Assembly: GCF_001194135.2 (NCBI RefSeq) | Contig: NC_068983.1 | Coordinates: 30,735,234 to 30,799,233, forward strand | Direction of reading: 5' to 3' | Length of the DNA stretch: 64,000 nt | DNA from: Octopus bimaculoides | Taxonomy: Eukaryota | Shown here: positions 13,112-23,965 of the stretch, piece by piece | How the letters are laid out: every line of letters starts with the position of its first letter | How positions within the stretch are numbered: the first letter of the stretch is position 1 | Made by a program: the position numbers and the translations under genes | The notes under the pieces: model-generated | What the model saw: the letters and a program-made list of their open reading frames with translations, nothing else | The model's database searches: none | Told to the model about the DNA's origin: nothing

Positions 13112-13321
13112 TGGTGGGGTGGGTGTCAACATAAATGACTTACCTCCTCCACCAAAATGTCTGGCTTTGTGCCAAAATTTGGAAGCATTATTAATATTAT
13201 TATTGCCTTTTGGGACCAATGAAATAAGTACCACTGGAGCACTGGAGTCAATGTAATTGACTAACTTCCTTCCCCCACCCCTTAAATTTCAAGCCTTGTG
13301 CCTATAGTAGAAAGGATTATT

Positions 13322-13352
<31 letters not shown>

Positions 13353-13570
13353 GGTGTCAAACTGGAAGAATCGTTAGTATGCCAGGCATTTTATCTGTCC
13401 TTACGTTCTGAGTTCAAAGTCCAGCAAGGTTGACTTCACCTGTCATCCATTTGGGGTTGATGAAATAAGTACCAGTTATGCACTGGGGCTGATGTAATCG
13501 ACTAGTCCCCTTCCCCAAAATTTCAGGCCTTGTGCCTATAGTAAAAAGGATTATTATTATTATTATTATC

Positions 13571-13601
<31 letters not shown>

Positions 13602-13838
13602 GGCAGAAACATTAGCAGCCGGGTTAAATGCTTAGCAGTATTTCGTCTGTCTCTATGTTCTGAGTTCAAGTTCTGCTGAGGTCAACTTTGCCTTTCATCC
13701 TTTCGGGGTCAATAAATTAAGTACCAGTTGCGCACCGGGGTCAATCTAATCGACTGGCCCCCTCTCCGAAAATCTCGGGCCTTGTGCCTAGACTAAAAGA
13801 ATTTATTATTATTATCATTATTATTATCATTATTATCA

Positions 13839-13880
<42 letters not shown>
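12530..13880 (+). mobile_element. Array of at least five head-to-tail SINE B copies separated by (ATT)n tails
   Basis: ctgagttcaaa/ttgcctttcatcc/taagtaccag module recurs near 12760, 13000, 13410 and 13660, plus partial copies. Confidence 0.85.
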
Positions 13881-13882
<2 letters not shown>

Positions 13883-14249
13883 TCTTAAAACCATGTGTTT
13901 CTATGCAACATTATAATTAGAGGCTGCTATATTGAAGGAAGCCATACCAGATGAAACAGTAGATAATGGTAATGTAACATTTTTTTTCTGCTAAATCATT
14001 CTTAATGGCAAATGAGTGGTTTGAAGTAATATCTACATGCAATAATTTTTAAATTGGATTCCTAAATGGTGGTGAATATTTGTTTGTTTTTATATCAAGG
14101 GGAATATAATATCAAAGGGATTTTCTATCTTTAACAGGCATATTTTGTCACTGCATTTTATGCTTTACTGATTTTCAGGCAATAAGGAAAATGAATCGAA
14201 TGATCTTATAGTTTACAACACCATCACCACCACCACCATCATCCTTATC

Positions 14250-14460
14250 ATTTTAACATTCACTTTTTTCATGCTTGCATGGCTGGGTTAGAATTTATTG
14301 ATACAGATTAGCAGATTTTCAATAGTCCAATGCCCTTCCTGTCACCAACCTTTCCCTGTTTCCAAACAAGGTGACATTCCCTCTTCATGGCCAGACATGT
14401 TTCCACAGAAGATTGGAAAGAGATATCACTTCTTATATGATAGTGACATGACACTTGTGT
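14250..14460 (-). mobile_element. Family E (RTE-like 3' terminus), decayed
   Basis: ttttaacattcacttttttcatgcttgcatgg..cccttcctgtcaccaacc..cctgtttccaaacaagg matches the reverse complement of 57180-57400. Confidence 0.7.
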
Positions 14461-14689
14461 ATAACTATCACATGATGCTAAGACATAATGTCACCAACAC
14501 CAACATATACATATATAATGCAAGACTCTTTCTCAAGTTCCAAATGTGAATTTGTCTGTGTTAACTACATCCCAAAGATGGAGCCTTGTATCTTTGTTAG
14601 AAACTGGCTCCCTCCTCAGTGGAAGATTTATAATAATTAAGAAATAGAAGAGACATACATAACTGACATTCTGTTGGTTATGACAAGGA

Positions 14690-14965
14690 GGATTCCAGAT
14701 GATCTGACCAAAGGAACGGCCTGCTTGTGAAATTAACATGCAAGTGACTGAGCACTCTACAGACATGTATAACCTTAATGTAGTTCTCAGAGAGATTCCG
14801 CGTGAAACAGAATTTCACAAGGGCGGTCCTTTGAAATACAGGTACTACTCATTTTTGCCAGCTGAGTGGGCTGGCGCAATATGGAATAAAGTGTCTTGCT
14901 CAAGGACAGAATGTGCCACTGGGAATCGAACTCACAACTTTACGATCATAGGCTGAATACCCTAC
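14690..14965 (-). mobile_element. SINE A variant (head 2, CORE-like body, tail X), decayed
   Basis: Reverse complement of the 20941 element (tttgaaatacaggtactactcatttttgccagctgagt..aaagtgtcttgctcaagg). Confidence 0.75.
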
Positions 14966-15135
14966 ATACATATATACATACATACATGCATACATACACA
15001 CATACATACACATACACACACACACATGCACCTCAAATGTAAAGTTTTTCCCTGAAGATGGAGGCTGGTATTATCCAATGATAGAATCAATTTACAATCA
15101 TTATTTTGGACTACCAAGCCCCTAGAAACAGCTGT

Positions 15136-15369
15136 AAGGTGGCGAGCTGGCAGAAACGTTAGCACGCCGGGTGAAATGCTTAGTGGTATTTTGTCTGCCT
15201 CTATGTTCTGAGTTCAAATTCTGCCGAGGTCGACTTTGCGCTTTCATCCTTTCGGGGTCAATTAAATAAGTACCAGTTACGCACTGGGGTCAATATAATC
15301 GACTTAATCCGTTTGTCTGTCTTTGTTTGTCTCCTCTGTGTGTAGCCCCTTGTGGGCAATAAAGAAATA
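15136..15369 (+). mobile_element. Young SINE B copy, tail type 1, with 12-bp TSD
   Basis: CpG-rich; TSD agaaacagctgt at 15124-15135 and 15370-15381. Confidence 0.92.
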
Positions 15370-16569
15370 AGAAACAGCTGTTGGACTTGTAAAACTCTTA
15401 TTCAACCCCTTTAATTCCTGATATCAGTTCTATTCTGTGTAAGTGGACCTTTTTATATGTAAATATATGTACATTCTTTGTATTAAATGTATTTAATAAT
15501 TTTTGTATATCAGCTTGCCAAGCCTGTTTATCTCTACATTTTCTCCCATACATACATACATACATACATACATACACCCATTTACAAAAGAAAATCTTAT
15601 AATTTAGTTGGAGCATGTAACAGCATCATACAAGATTGTTAAACATTCACTCAGTAAGCATTTTGAAAACGTTTTGGCAAAAAAATTTGACTCATGACAC
15701 ACTAGCATTGAATGCGAGATACATGTTAACAAGAATATGATAAGAAGCTGTTTGATGCCCAGAGCTAATATAGCTTTGTCACTATAAATTGCAATATTTG
15801 CTGAAATATTTTAAAATGCTCATTGTTTGAAGGTCAGGTCATACAGTGCTACACTGATACATGCTGCAAACAAATCAAAAGACCTTCTATTGTTAGTGGA
15901 TACTTTCAGCAGCTTTTATTTAATATATATATATAAATATAAGACTATTTGATATGTTTCTAACATTACTTAGAAATCAGTAAAATGTAAAACTCAGAGT
16001 GGCAATGTGTGAAGTTTCAGCTTAAAATAAATTTCCTTACACACATACACACACACACAAAGAAAAGAAAAGGGACAGAGAGAAGAATATAAAGAGAAAC
16101 TGTTTAATTGATGAATATTTATCTAAGATCAATATTTGTCGATGTGAGATTTTAAAAAGGAAGATGTGTGTAAGTGTGCGTGTGTGAGTGTACGTGCATG
16201 CATGTATATGTGCGTGTGTGTGTGGTGTATTTATGCATGTGTGTAAACTGATGTGTGAATGTACTTGGGTGGATGTATGCATGTATGTAGGTTTGTGTGT
16301 TAAGCATACATATTTGTATGTTGTGTAGGTGGGTGTATCTAGTAGAATGTAAGTGCGCGTGCACGTGTGTGTATGTTTGCGTATGTGTGTGTGTGTTCAT
16401 GTGCATTTTCAAATAAAATCAATGAATGTTGATACACATATGCACACATACATACATGCACGCACACACACACACAGGTTTGATAAATGAAGGCAAAAGT
16501 GGATGACTGCCTACTGAGAGACACCGTCCTTCATCATGTTCTTCTTCTTCTTCTTCTTCTTCTCCTTAC

Positions 16570-16626
<57 letters not shown>

Positions 16627-16835
16627 CGTCATCATTATTGCAGTGGTGGTAGTGATAGTGAATGATGACAGTTTATTTGTGAAAAATTTTATAAAAATGC
16701 CAAAAATATTGATGAGATTAGAAACTGGAAGAGTGTGTATGTGTGTGTGTGTGTGTGTGTGTATGAGGGGAGAAAGAATATCTAACTGCATGTGCATTGA
16801 GATGTTTATGTGCTTTTAAGCATGTTTTTGTAGGA

Positions 16836-16873
<38 letters not shown>

Positions 16874-16906
16874 AAGCATAGGTGTTTGACTAAGCAGCTG
16901 TGTGTG

Positions 16907-16945
<39 letters not shown>

Positions 16946-17464
16946 CTAACTATATGTGTGCCTATGTGCGTTTATGTGCATGAGTGTGGGCATGTGCCTA
17001 GATATGTGTTAGTCTGCTTTTAGATGTGTCCAGTATCCATGTTTTTGGGTAGTCTGAGACATTCTATTATGGACAGCTGTTGGATGACGGCAAGTAATGC
17101 NNNNNNNNNNNNNGGGGGGGGGGGGGTAGAAGAGTTGAGTAAGAAAAAATACAAAGATGAAGAAGAGGGGGCAAATGAGAAAAGCTTCAGAGGTTTAGGA
17201 GGAGAGATTAAGGAAAATGGAGAAAGAAAATGAAGGCTTTGGAGGTAAAGGAAAAAAAAAAAAAAGATGCAGATGAAGAAAGGGTTGGTGTGAGAAAAAA
17301 AACGGTTGATTGATCAGAGGTGGTAGTGGTAAAGTGTGGGTGGAGGGGACGGCAAAAAATGGGAGGAGAAAGAAAAAGAAGAGTAGAAAAGAGAGAGAGA
17401 GATAGAGGAGAGGTGTGAAAGTGAAGTGAGGAGAAGGTGGAAATGAATCGGGAGGATGTTTTCT

Positions 17465-17746
17465 CTTTTAATTTTTACTCGTTCCAGTCATTGGATGGCA
17501 ACCATGCTGAGGTACCATTTTGAAGGGTTATTTGAACAAGTTGACCCCTGTACTTATTTTCTTTTTAAAGTCTGATACCTGGTACTTATTCTATCAATCC
17601 TTTTTTGTCTCTCTTGTCAAATCACTAAGTTATGGGGACATAAAGAAACCAGCACCAGTTCTCAAGTAATAGTGGTGTTGGGGGGGGGGCACAAACACAT
17701 GCATACATATATACATGAAAACACACAAGCATACATACACACACAC

Positions 17747-17794
<48 letters not shown>

Positions 17795-17900
17795 CAACTC
17801 CCATACTTATTTTTAAGTCTGGCACTTATCCTATCAGTCTTTTTTTACAGGGATGTAAACAGACCAATACCAGTTGTCAAGTAGTGCTGGGAGACAAACA
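17465..17900 (-). mobile_element. Two partial SINE C tails around (CA)n
   Basis: ttttactcgttccagtcatt..cctggtacttattctatc.. repeated. Confidence 0.65.
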
Positions 17901-18469
17901 CACACTTGTCCAAAGTACCATGCAGAGGTCCCTGCATGTTCGATTCCTAGACTGAGTGGTGCTCTTGAGCAAAACATTTAGTTTCCCATTGCTCCAGTCC
18001 ACTAAATTATAAATGAATGACCCAGTGATGGACTAGCCTTCCAATCAGAGGGAATGTTGGCCTGTTCACTTGACCAGTGGGATGTGATGGCATCATTCAA
18101 AAACTAAAACAACACTGAGTGCATTGTGTGCAGCATTGTGTAACAACATCCTAATTAGGAGCAAAGGGCTTAAGTAAGTAAGTGCAGTACTGCAGGATTT
18201 GACCTCAGAACATAAAGAGTGAGAACAAATATAAAACATCCCATCCAATAATCTAATTCTACCAGTGCACTACTTTTGACTAACACTTATTTGTCGACCT
18301 TGGAAAGATAAAAGATGAAATTCACCTAGGTGGGATTTGATCTCAGAATGCAAAAAGCTGGTATAAATAGCACAAGACATTTCATTAACTGACTCTGTTG
18401 TTGTGAAGCAAAATTCTTAACCAGACAGCTGTGTCTGCACCCAGTTAAACTTAATGTGAGCAAAACTCT

Positions 18470-18519
<50 letters not shown>

Positions 18520-19304
18520 AATGAAATATTTAAGAGGTCACAAGAGTGCACATATCTGATGTTTAACTCATTTTGTATTACATGGTTGAAAGAGAAATCC
18601 TCCACTCCTAATTCCTTGAATAAGATATGTGTTCTACTCCTGGAAACTTTCCATGTTAAGGTAAAGTAAGGAGAGTAGACTCCAGAGAATGTCTTTCATT
18701 CAAAGATAAAATGGTTTTCCTGCTGTAAGATTTGAAATCAAGATCTGTAAGACAGTCACCTGAGTATTTATCTATTGAAAATTTTTCTAACTCAGTCGTA
18801 TTAGAAAAGTTCAGACTTGAAATAGAGAGGGGGCATCATTGATGGGATGAATGACAACAAAAGGATTTTGAAAAACCTAACTGATTGACTGAACAATTGA
18901 TTAGTTAAATGGTTATGCAATTAACCAAGTGGCAAATAAAAATAATAACGAAGTGAAATAGAACCTGTATGCAGGTTTGTTATTGGTATAATGACTCTCC
19001 TGAGATACAACAAAATATGTTTTAACACATGAGATCACAATAAAAATCTTGCAAACCAAACAGAAACATGAAATATTTTCATTTATTATTTTTTTTGATT
19101 TTTATAGAAAAGATAGGATAGTAATACCCATGGCTTTTCTTCAGGGTTTCTGAGACTTGTATTTAGAAAGAGAGCTGTCTTGAATACTTACAACAGAGTA
19201 GACCCTGCTTAAGGCACTCAAGGGTCATCTGGTGAATTTCTTAAGAATACCATTCGAATCTTGCACATAAATGTATATAAAAGCTGTTTACTGTTTGCTT
19301 AGCT

Positions 19305-19870
19305 TCTAGCTTTTACTTGTCTTAGTCATTTGACTACAACCTTGTGGGGTTTAGTTGAGCATATCGGCTCCTATATTTATTTTTAAGTCTGGTTATTATT
19401 TCATCAGTCTCTTTTGTCAAAAGCATCAAGTTATAGGGATGTACATAAAGTAACACCATTTATAGAGAGGTAAGGTGGGGGAGAAACACACACACACACC
19501 ATGTGTGGTACCTTGGACAAGTATCTTCTCCTATAGCTTTGGGCCAACCAAAGCCTTGTGAGTGGATCTGGTAGATGGAAACTAAAAAAAAGCCAGGTGT
19601 ATATGTATGTGTGTGTGTATGTGTTTGTGTAAGCGTGTACATGTGTGTATGTGAGTGAGTGTGTTTGTGTTTGCCCCACACCACAGCTTGACAACTGGTG
19701 TTGGTTTGTTTATGTCCCTGTAACTTATTGGTTTGGCAAAGAGACTGACAGAATAAGTACCTGGTTTAAAAAAAAAAAATTACTGGGATCATTCTGCTTG
19801 ACTAAACCCTTTAAGGCAGTACCCCAGCTTGGCCATAGTCCAATGACTGAAAGAAGTAAAAGAATAAAAG
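19305..19870. mobile_element. Back-to-back SINE C copies: minus-strand tail (19305-19500) and plus-strand copy (19500-19870)
   Basis: cttttacttgtcttagtcatttgact at left and gactgaaagaagtaaaag at right are inverted counterparts. Confidence 0.75.
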
Positions 19871-19914
19871 AATATACATACATATGCACAAACATACATA
19901 TATATGTATATAGG

Positions 19915-20077
19915 TGCAGGAGTGGCTGTATAGTAAGTAGCTTGCTTACCAACCACATGGTTCCGGGTTCAGTCCCACTGCGTGGCACCTTGGGCAAGTG
20001 TCTTCTACTATAGCCTCGGGCCGACCAAAGCCTTGTGAGTGGATTTGGTAGATGGAAACTGAACGAAGCCCGTCGTA

Positions 20078-20110
<33 letters not shown>

Positions 20111-20332
20111 GTATGTGTGTGTATATGTTTGTGTGTCTGTGTTTGTCCCACCAACATTGCTTGACAACCGATGCTGGTGTGTTTATGTCCCCGTAACTTA
20201 GCGGTTCGGCAAAAGAGACCAATAGAATAAGTACTAGGCATCCAAAGAATAAGTCCTGGGGTCGATTTGCTTGACTAAAAGGTTGTGCTCCAGCATGGCC
20301 ACAGTCAAATGACTGAAACAAGTAAAAGAGTA
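19915..20332 (+). mobile_element. Near full-length SINE family C (tRNA-like head, CORE-like segment, internal (TA/TG)n)
   Basis: A-box-like tggctgtatag, B-box-like gggttcagtccc, ccttgggcaagtgtctt; matches 45209-45660 and 29045-29530. Confidence 0.92.
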
Positions 20333-20559
20333 TGTATATACACACATGTGCACTTACACATACATACATAAGGAAAACCTCAAGTTAGCAGTAAAAAAAA
20401 TGACACGTTCTGTTGATTTGATGAAAAAGCAAATTTGTGTGGTTACAGAGTGATTGACCTTTAACTGAAAATAGTTGAATAAAAGCAATTCAATAATAGC
20501 AGAAGTATAAAAGACTTACAAAGGATTTATGATAATCAATACAAGATCAGTAAGAGGAA

Positions 20560-20930
20560 TGGAAATGGTGGGAAGGTACGCAAATAGCTTAGCTTCATCA
20601 GATAAATTAATATTTAAGTCTGGCAGGGTAAACACCATTTTTAGATTTGAATAAACCTAGGTAGAAAAATAATCAATATTTGTAATTATAATGTCTAACT
20701 AATAACTCTAACACGTTACCTGGCTTAACATGATCTCCTGGGCCTTAGGTGCCTTTAGTTTGTGAGGTAAGCTAATCAATTAAATGCTCTAAACTGATCC
20801 CAGAGGAATTCATTCTGTTGCAAGCATTCAAGCTACCCCACTCCACTGTTAGATTTATCCTGCAGATATTGATGTACAGATGTTTAGGCTGAACATAAGC
20901 ACCATACCCGCTTATCTAATTAACTTATGT
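20560..20930 (-). mobile_element. Highly decayed CR1/L2-like RT remnant
   Basis: Minus-strand fragments LPHKLKA (cf. LLHKLKA) and LSDEAKLF (cf. FADDAKL), with frameshifts. Confidence 0.35.
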
Positions 20931-20940
20931 CAACTATTAT

Positions 20941-21336
20941 GAAGGCGCGTGGCTTAGTGGTTAGGGCATTCGGCCCACGATTGTAAGGTCGTGAGTTTGA
21001 TTCCCGGCGACACGTTGTGTCCTTGAGTGGTTAGGGCATTCGGCCCACGATTGTAAGGTCGTGAGTTTGATTCCCGGCGACGAATTGTGTCCTTGAGCAA
21101 GACACTTTATTTCACGTTGCTCCAGTCCACTCAGCTGGCAAAAATGAGTAGTACCTGTATTTCAAATGGCCGGCCTTGTCACACTCTGTGTCACGCTGAA
21201 TCTCCCTGAGAACTACGTTAGGGGTACACGTGTCTGTGGATTACTCAGTCACTTGCACGTTAATTTCAGAGCAAGCTGTTCCGTTGATCGTATCAGCTGG
21301 GACCCTCGTCGTCGTAACCGACGGAGTGCTCCTCTC
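20941..21336 (+). mobile_element. SINE A variant (head 2, CORE-like body, tail X) with 70-bp tandem duplication of the tRNA head
   Basis: CpG-rich; TSD caactatta at 20931-20939 and 21337-21345; duplicated units 20956-21025 and 21026-21095. Confidence 0.92.
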
Positions 21337-21489
21337 CAACTATTACACTTAATTTCATATAGTAAATTTTTGCTATCATCATTTGGCAGCAAAGAGGTAA
21401 AAGGTGAGAGAACCCTGATGAGCCGTAAGAATGACAGAGCTAATTATTTTCATTATTTATATTAGTTACATTTGATGGATTGCTCAGTT

Positions 21490-22129
21490 TCTAAAACATC
21501 ATGCAAAGAATATAAGTAGTGGTCATGATACAGACCACGAAGAAATGATCAAGCTCAATAACAATCTATTAAGCAACAACTACCCCAAAAATATACTTTC
21601 CACTCCAATTAGGAAGAAAAGAGGGGATGAAACCAATAAACTGTCCACAGTCTGTCTACCCTATGTGAAAGGCCTCTTGGAAAAGATAGAAAAGATATGC
21701 GGCCCATATGATGTCAGGACAGTATTCAAGAGTAATACAACACTTCGCAAATTTCTCCTTCAAATGAAACCACTAATAGAAGAGAATATGACCAAAGACT
21801 GCATGTACTCCATCCCATGGTGTGGTAGGTTATACAAAGGCGAAACATGTCGCCCCCTCAAAATAAGGGTAGACGAACATCGCAAACCTGTGACTTGGGG
21901 AGATATTGATAAATCGGGTATTGCTGATCATGTAGAGAAAAATGGAGACCACCTCCCCCTGTGGGATAAAATTACAATAATAGATAGAGAACACTGCTGG
22001 AAAATATGAAAACTAAAAGAAGCAGCACATATGCTAGGACACAACAACCTCCTAAGCAGACTGAGTGCAGATATGAGTAGCATATGGGAACCAGTATTAA
22101 GGAAGGATAGAAAAATATTAGATTTATAA
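21490..22129 (+). pseudogene. Penelope-like retroelement ORF C-terminus (RT thumb, linker, GIY-YIG endonuclease) with one in-frame TGA
   Basis: NNYPK..VCLPYVKG..VFKS..CMYSIPWCGRLYKGETCRPLKIRVDEH..SGIADH..W*KLKEAAH..L*; the YSIP/YxGET/RxxEH pattern is the PLE GIY-YIG motif; frame continues 40 codons past the TGA at 22007-22009. Confidence 0.9.
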
Positions 22130-22157
22130 GCCCTAAAATTCACTCCATAATTGGCCA

Positions 22158-22441
22158 GGGGCATATGGCGTAGTGGTTAAGAGCACAGGCTACTAACCCC
22201 AAGATTCTGAGTTCGATTCCAAGCAGTGACCTGAATAATAATATAATAATAATAATAACATCGTAAAATACCTTAGGAATGAGAGCTCAGGTTCGAAATT
22301 TCCCCAAGACACCTGAAGAAGGCTGGAGGCGGGTATTAGCTGAAACGTGTTAACAACAAACAAGATGAGGACAAATACCTCTCAAATGTAAATAATGTAA
22401 ACAATGTGCATAATTCCTCATCTCTTAAATATAGAACTGTA
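22158..22441 (+). mobile_element. tRNA-like head plus (AAT)n plus Penelope-type tail
   Basis: A box tggcgtagtgg (22166-22176), B box gagttcgattcc (22209-22220), then cctgaagaaggctg..gctgaaacgtg. Confidence 0.8.
22308..22351 (+). ncRNA. Degenerate minimal type-I hammerhead-like motif
   Basis: gacac-CTGAAGA-a-ggctg..tagct-GAAAC-gtgtt; stems I and II can pair but the cleavage triplet is missing in this copy. Confidence 0.5.
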
Positions 22442-22704
22442 TAATTTTTTTCAGTCCTCATCCAAAGCTACTGAATGATCTAATTTCACAGCAAGAGTAA
22501 ATACATAGTATGGGATATGACACTAAACACACTTTCTATCTCTCTCACACACACACACACACATAAATGTAGAATCGTAAGGAAGCACAGAGGCAGAATA
22601 ATATGTGAGTATAAATAACTCCAAAAAGCCATCTGCATGAAAAACAACACTGCTTTGATCACCAAAGATCTAAGCCCAAAATAATTATGACGAGATATAT
22701 CTCG

Positions 22705-22870
22705 GAGGGGTTGGCGTTGGGAAAGGGCATCCAGCTGTAGAAACTCTGCTAGATCAGATTGGAGTCTAGTGTAGCCATCTGCTTTGCCAGTCCCCAGTCA
22801 AATCGTCCAACCCATGCTAGCATGGAAAGCAGACATTAAACAATGATGATGATGATGATGATGATGATGA
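22705..22870 (+). mobile_element. RTE 3' tail (family D)
   Basis: ggttggcgttgggaaagggcatccagctgtagaaactctgc..catggaaagcagacattaaac(gat)n. Confidence 0.85.
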
Positions 22871-22903
22871 TATATATATATATATATATTCACATAGTAG
22901 AAT

Positions 22904-23069
22904 CAGGGTTGGCTCAAGTTACCAGCAATTCAGGAAGTCGCCTGGGGTGCCATGTGCTAGGGGGTGCCAAGGAGGGTATGACAAAGACAAAGAAATTCCC
23001 ACAACTGTCAGCTTGTACACACTGAAGTTCAGCTTGCCCGGGGTGCCAGCAACCCTAGGGCTGGCCCTG
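22904..23069. mobile_element. hAT-type MITE, 166 bp
   Basis: Imperfect TIR cagggttggctc / gggctggccctg; perfect 8-bp TSD agtagaat at 22896-22903 and 23070-23077. Confidence 0.85.
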
Positions 23070-23093
23070 AGTAGAATAAGAAATAATGGTACA

Positions 23094-23402
23094 GTATTAT
23101 ATATTTGAAAAAAAAATGAATAGAAATGGCTTTTCTGATAATTTTTCCACTTTAATAATTAGATAGTGGAAAAATTATCAGAAAAGTAATTTCTATTCAT
23201 TTTTCCAAATATCATCATCCTCATCATCATTTAACATCCTCTCTCTATGCTGGCATGGGTTAAAGAGTGGACGTTAAATGATGATGATATCGGAAAGAAT
23301 GAATAAAAATGGTTTATCTGATAATTTTGACACATCAATATTTAGATAGGGGAAAAATTATCAGGAAAGGTGTTTCTATTTATTTTTTCAAATATATAAT
23401 AC
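23094..23402. mobile_element. Fold-back/MITE made of two related hairpins, interrupted by an inverted RTE-tail doublet
   Basis: Outer TIR gtattatatatttgaaaaaa / ttttttcaaatatataatac; inner hairpin arms 23101-23151 and 23165-23212. Confidence 0.7.
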
Positions 23403-23461
23403 TTCACCAAGGTTTTTCTATTTCTTATTCTACTATATATTAATGTGTGTGTGTGTGTATG

Positions 23462-23510
<49 letters not shown>

Positions 23511-23789
23511 ATTATTGTTTTATTTCAGCAAATATTGGAAGCAATTCTAGAATCACAAAGTAAATGTACAAGATTATATGATCGTTGGTGTAGAAAAATA
23601 GAATTGTCTTGAGAATGAATAACTGAGAGTTGTTCTCTGCATGTAACCCTTAAAGAGTGAAATGCTTGTCCTTTTCAAAAGAAATCCCCAAAATTTAAGT
23701 TATCAAGCATTTAAAATTATTTCTCCATTGAATGATAATGTTTTTAACTCCTTCTGGGAGATAATTTCAATCAATGTAGAAGGGCCTTG

Positions 23790-23965
23790 AAATAGATGTA
23801 GGGAGAGTGTTTGGTATGAGAGTAAAAATGGTGCACTGGGATTAGAAATATAAAATAGAGTAGATTTATAGATACCCACTAAAAAATACATTGTGGTCAT
23901 GGCTGGAATGTCTTTGATCATAGGTTTGCATGGTCAGAGACATGGGGCCAAACAACAACCACCCA
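23790..23965 (+). mobile_element. Dispersed repeat family H (..ctttgatcataggtctg..gctaaacaacaac end)
   Basis: Related segments at about 32262-32345, 35705-35865(-), 41960-42140, 46650-47002, 52190-52400 and 55545-55690(-). Confidence 0.6.

Noticed and set aside
12915-13256. 113-aa ORF and similar ORFs at 11362, 19725, 29771 and 56822
   Set aside because: They lie entirely within SINE B or C copies
20712-20740. ttacctggc..catgatc resembling the U1 snRNA 5' end
   Set aside because: Spacing is wrong, there is no stem-loop or Sm site, and it lies within a probable CR1 remnant
22007-22009. In-frame TGA in the Penelope ORF as possible selenocysteine recoding
   Set aside because: It falls where Arg is expected (xRKLKEA), so CGA-to-TGA CpG decay is simpler; no SECIS was identified
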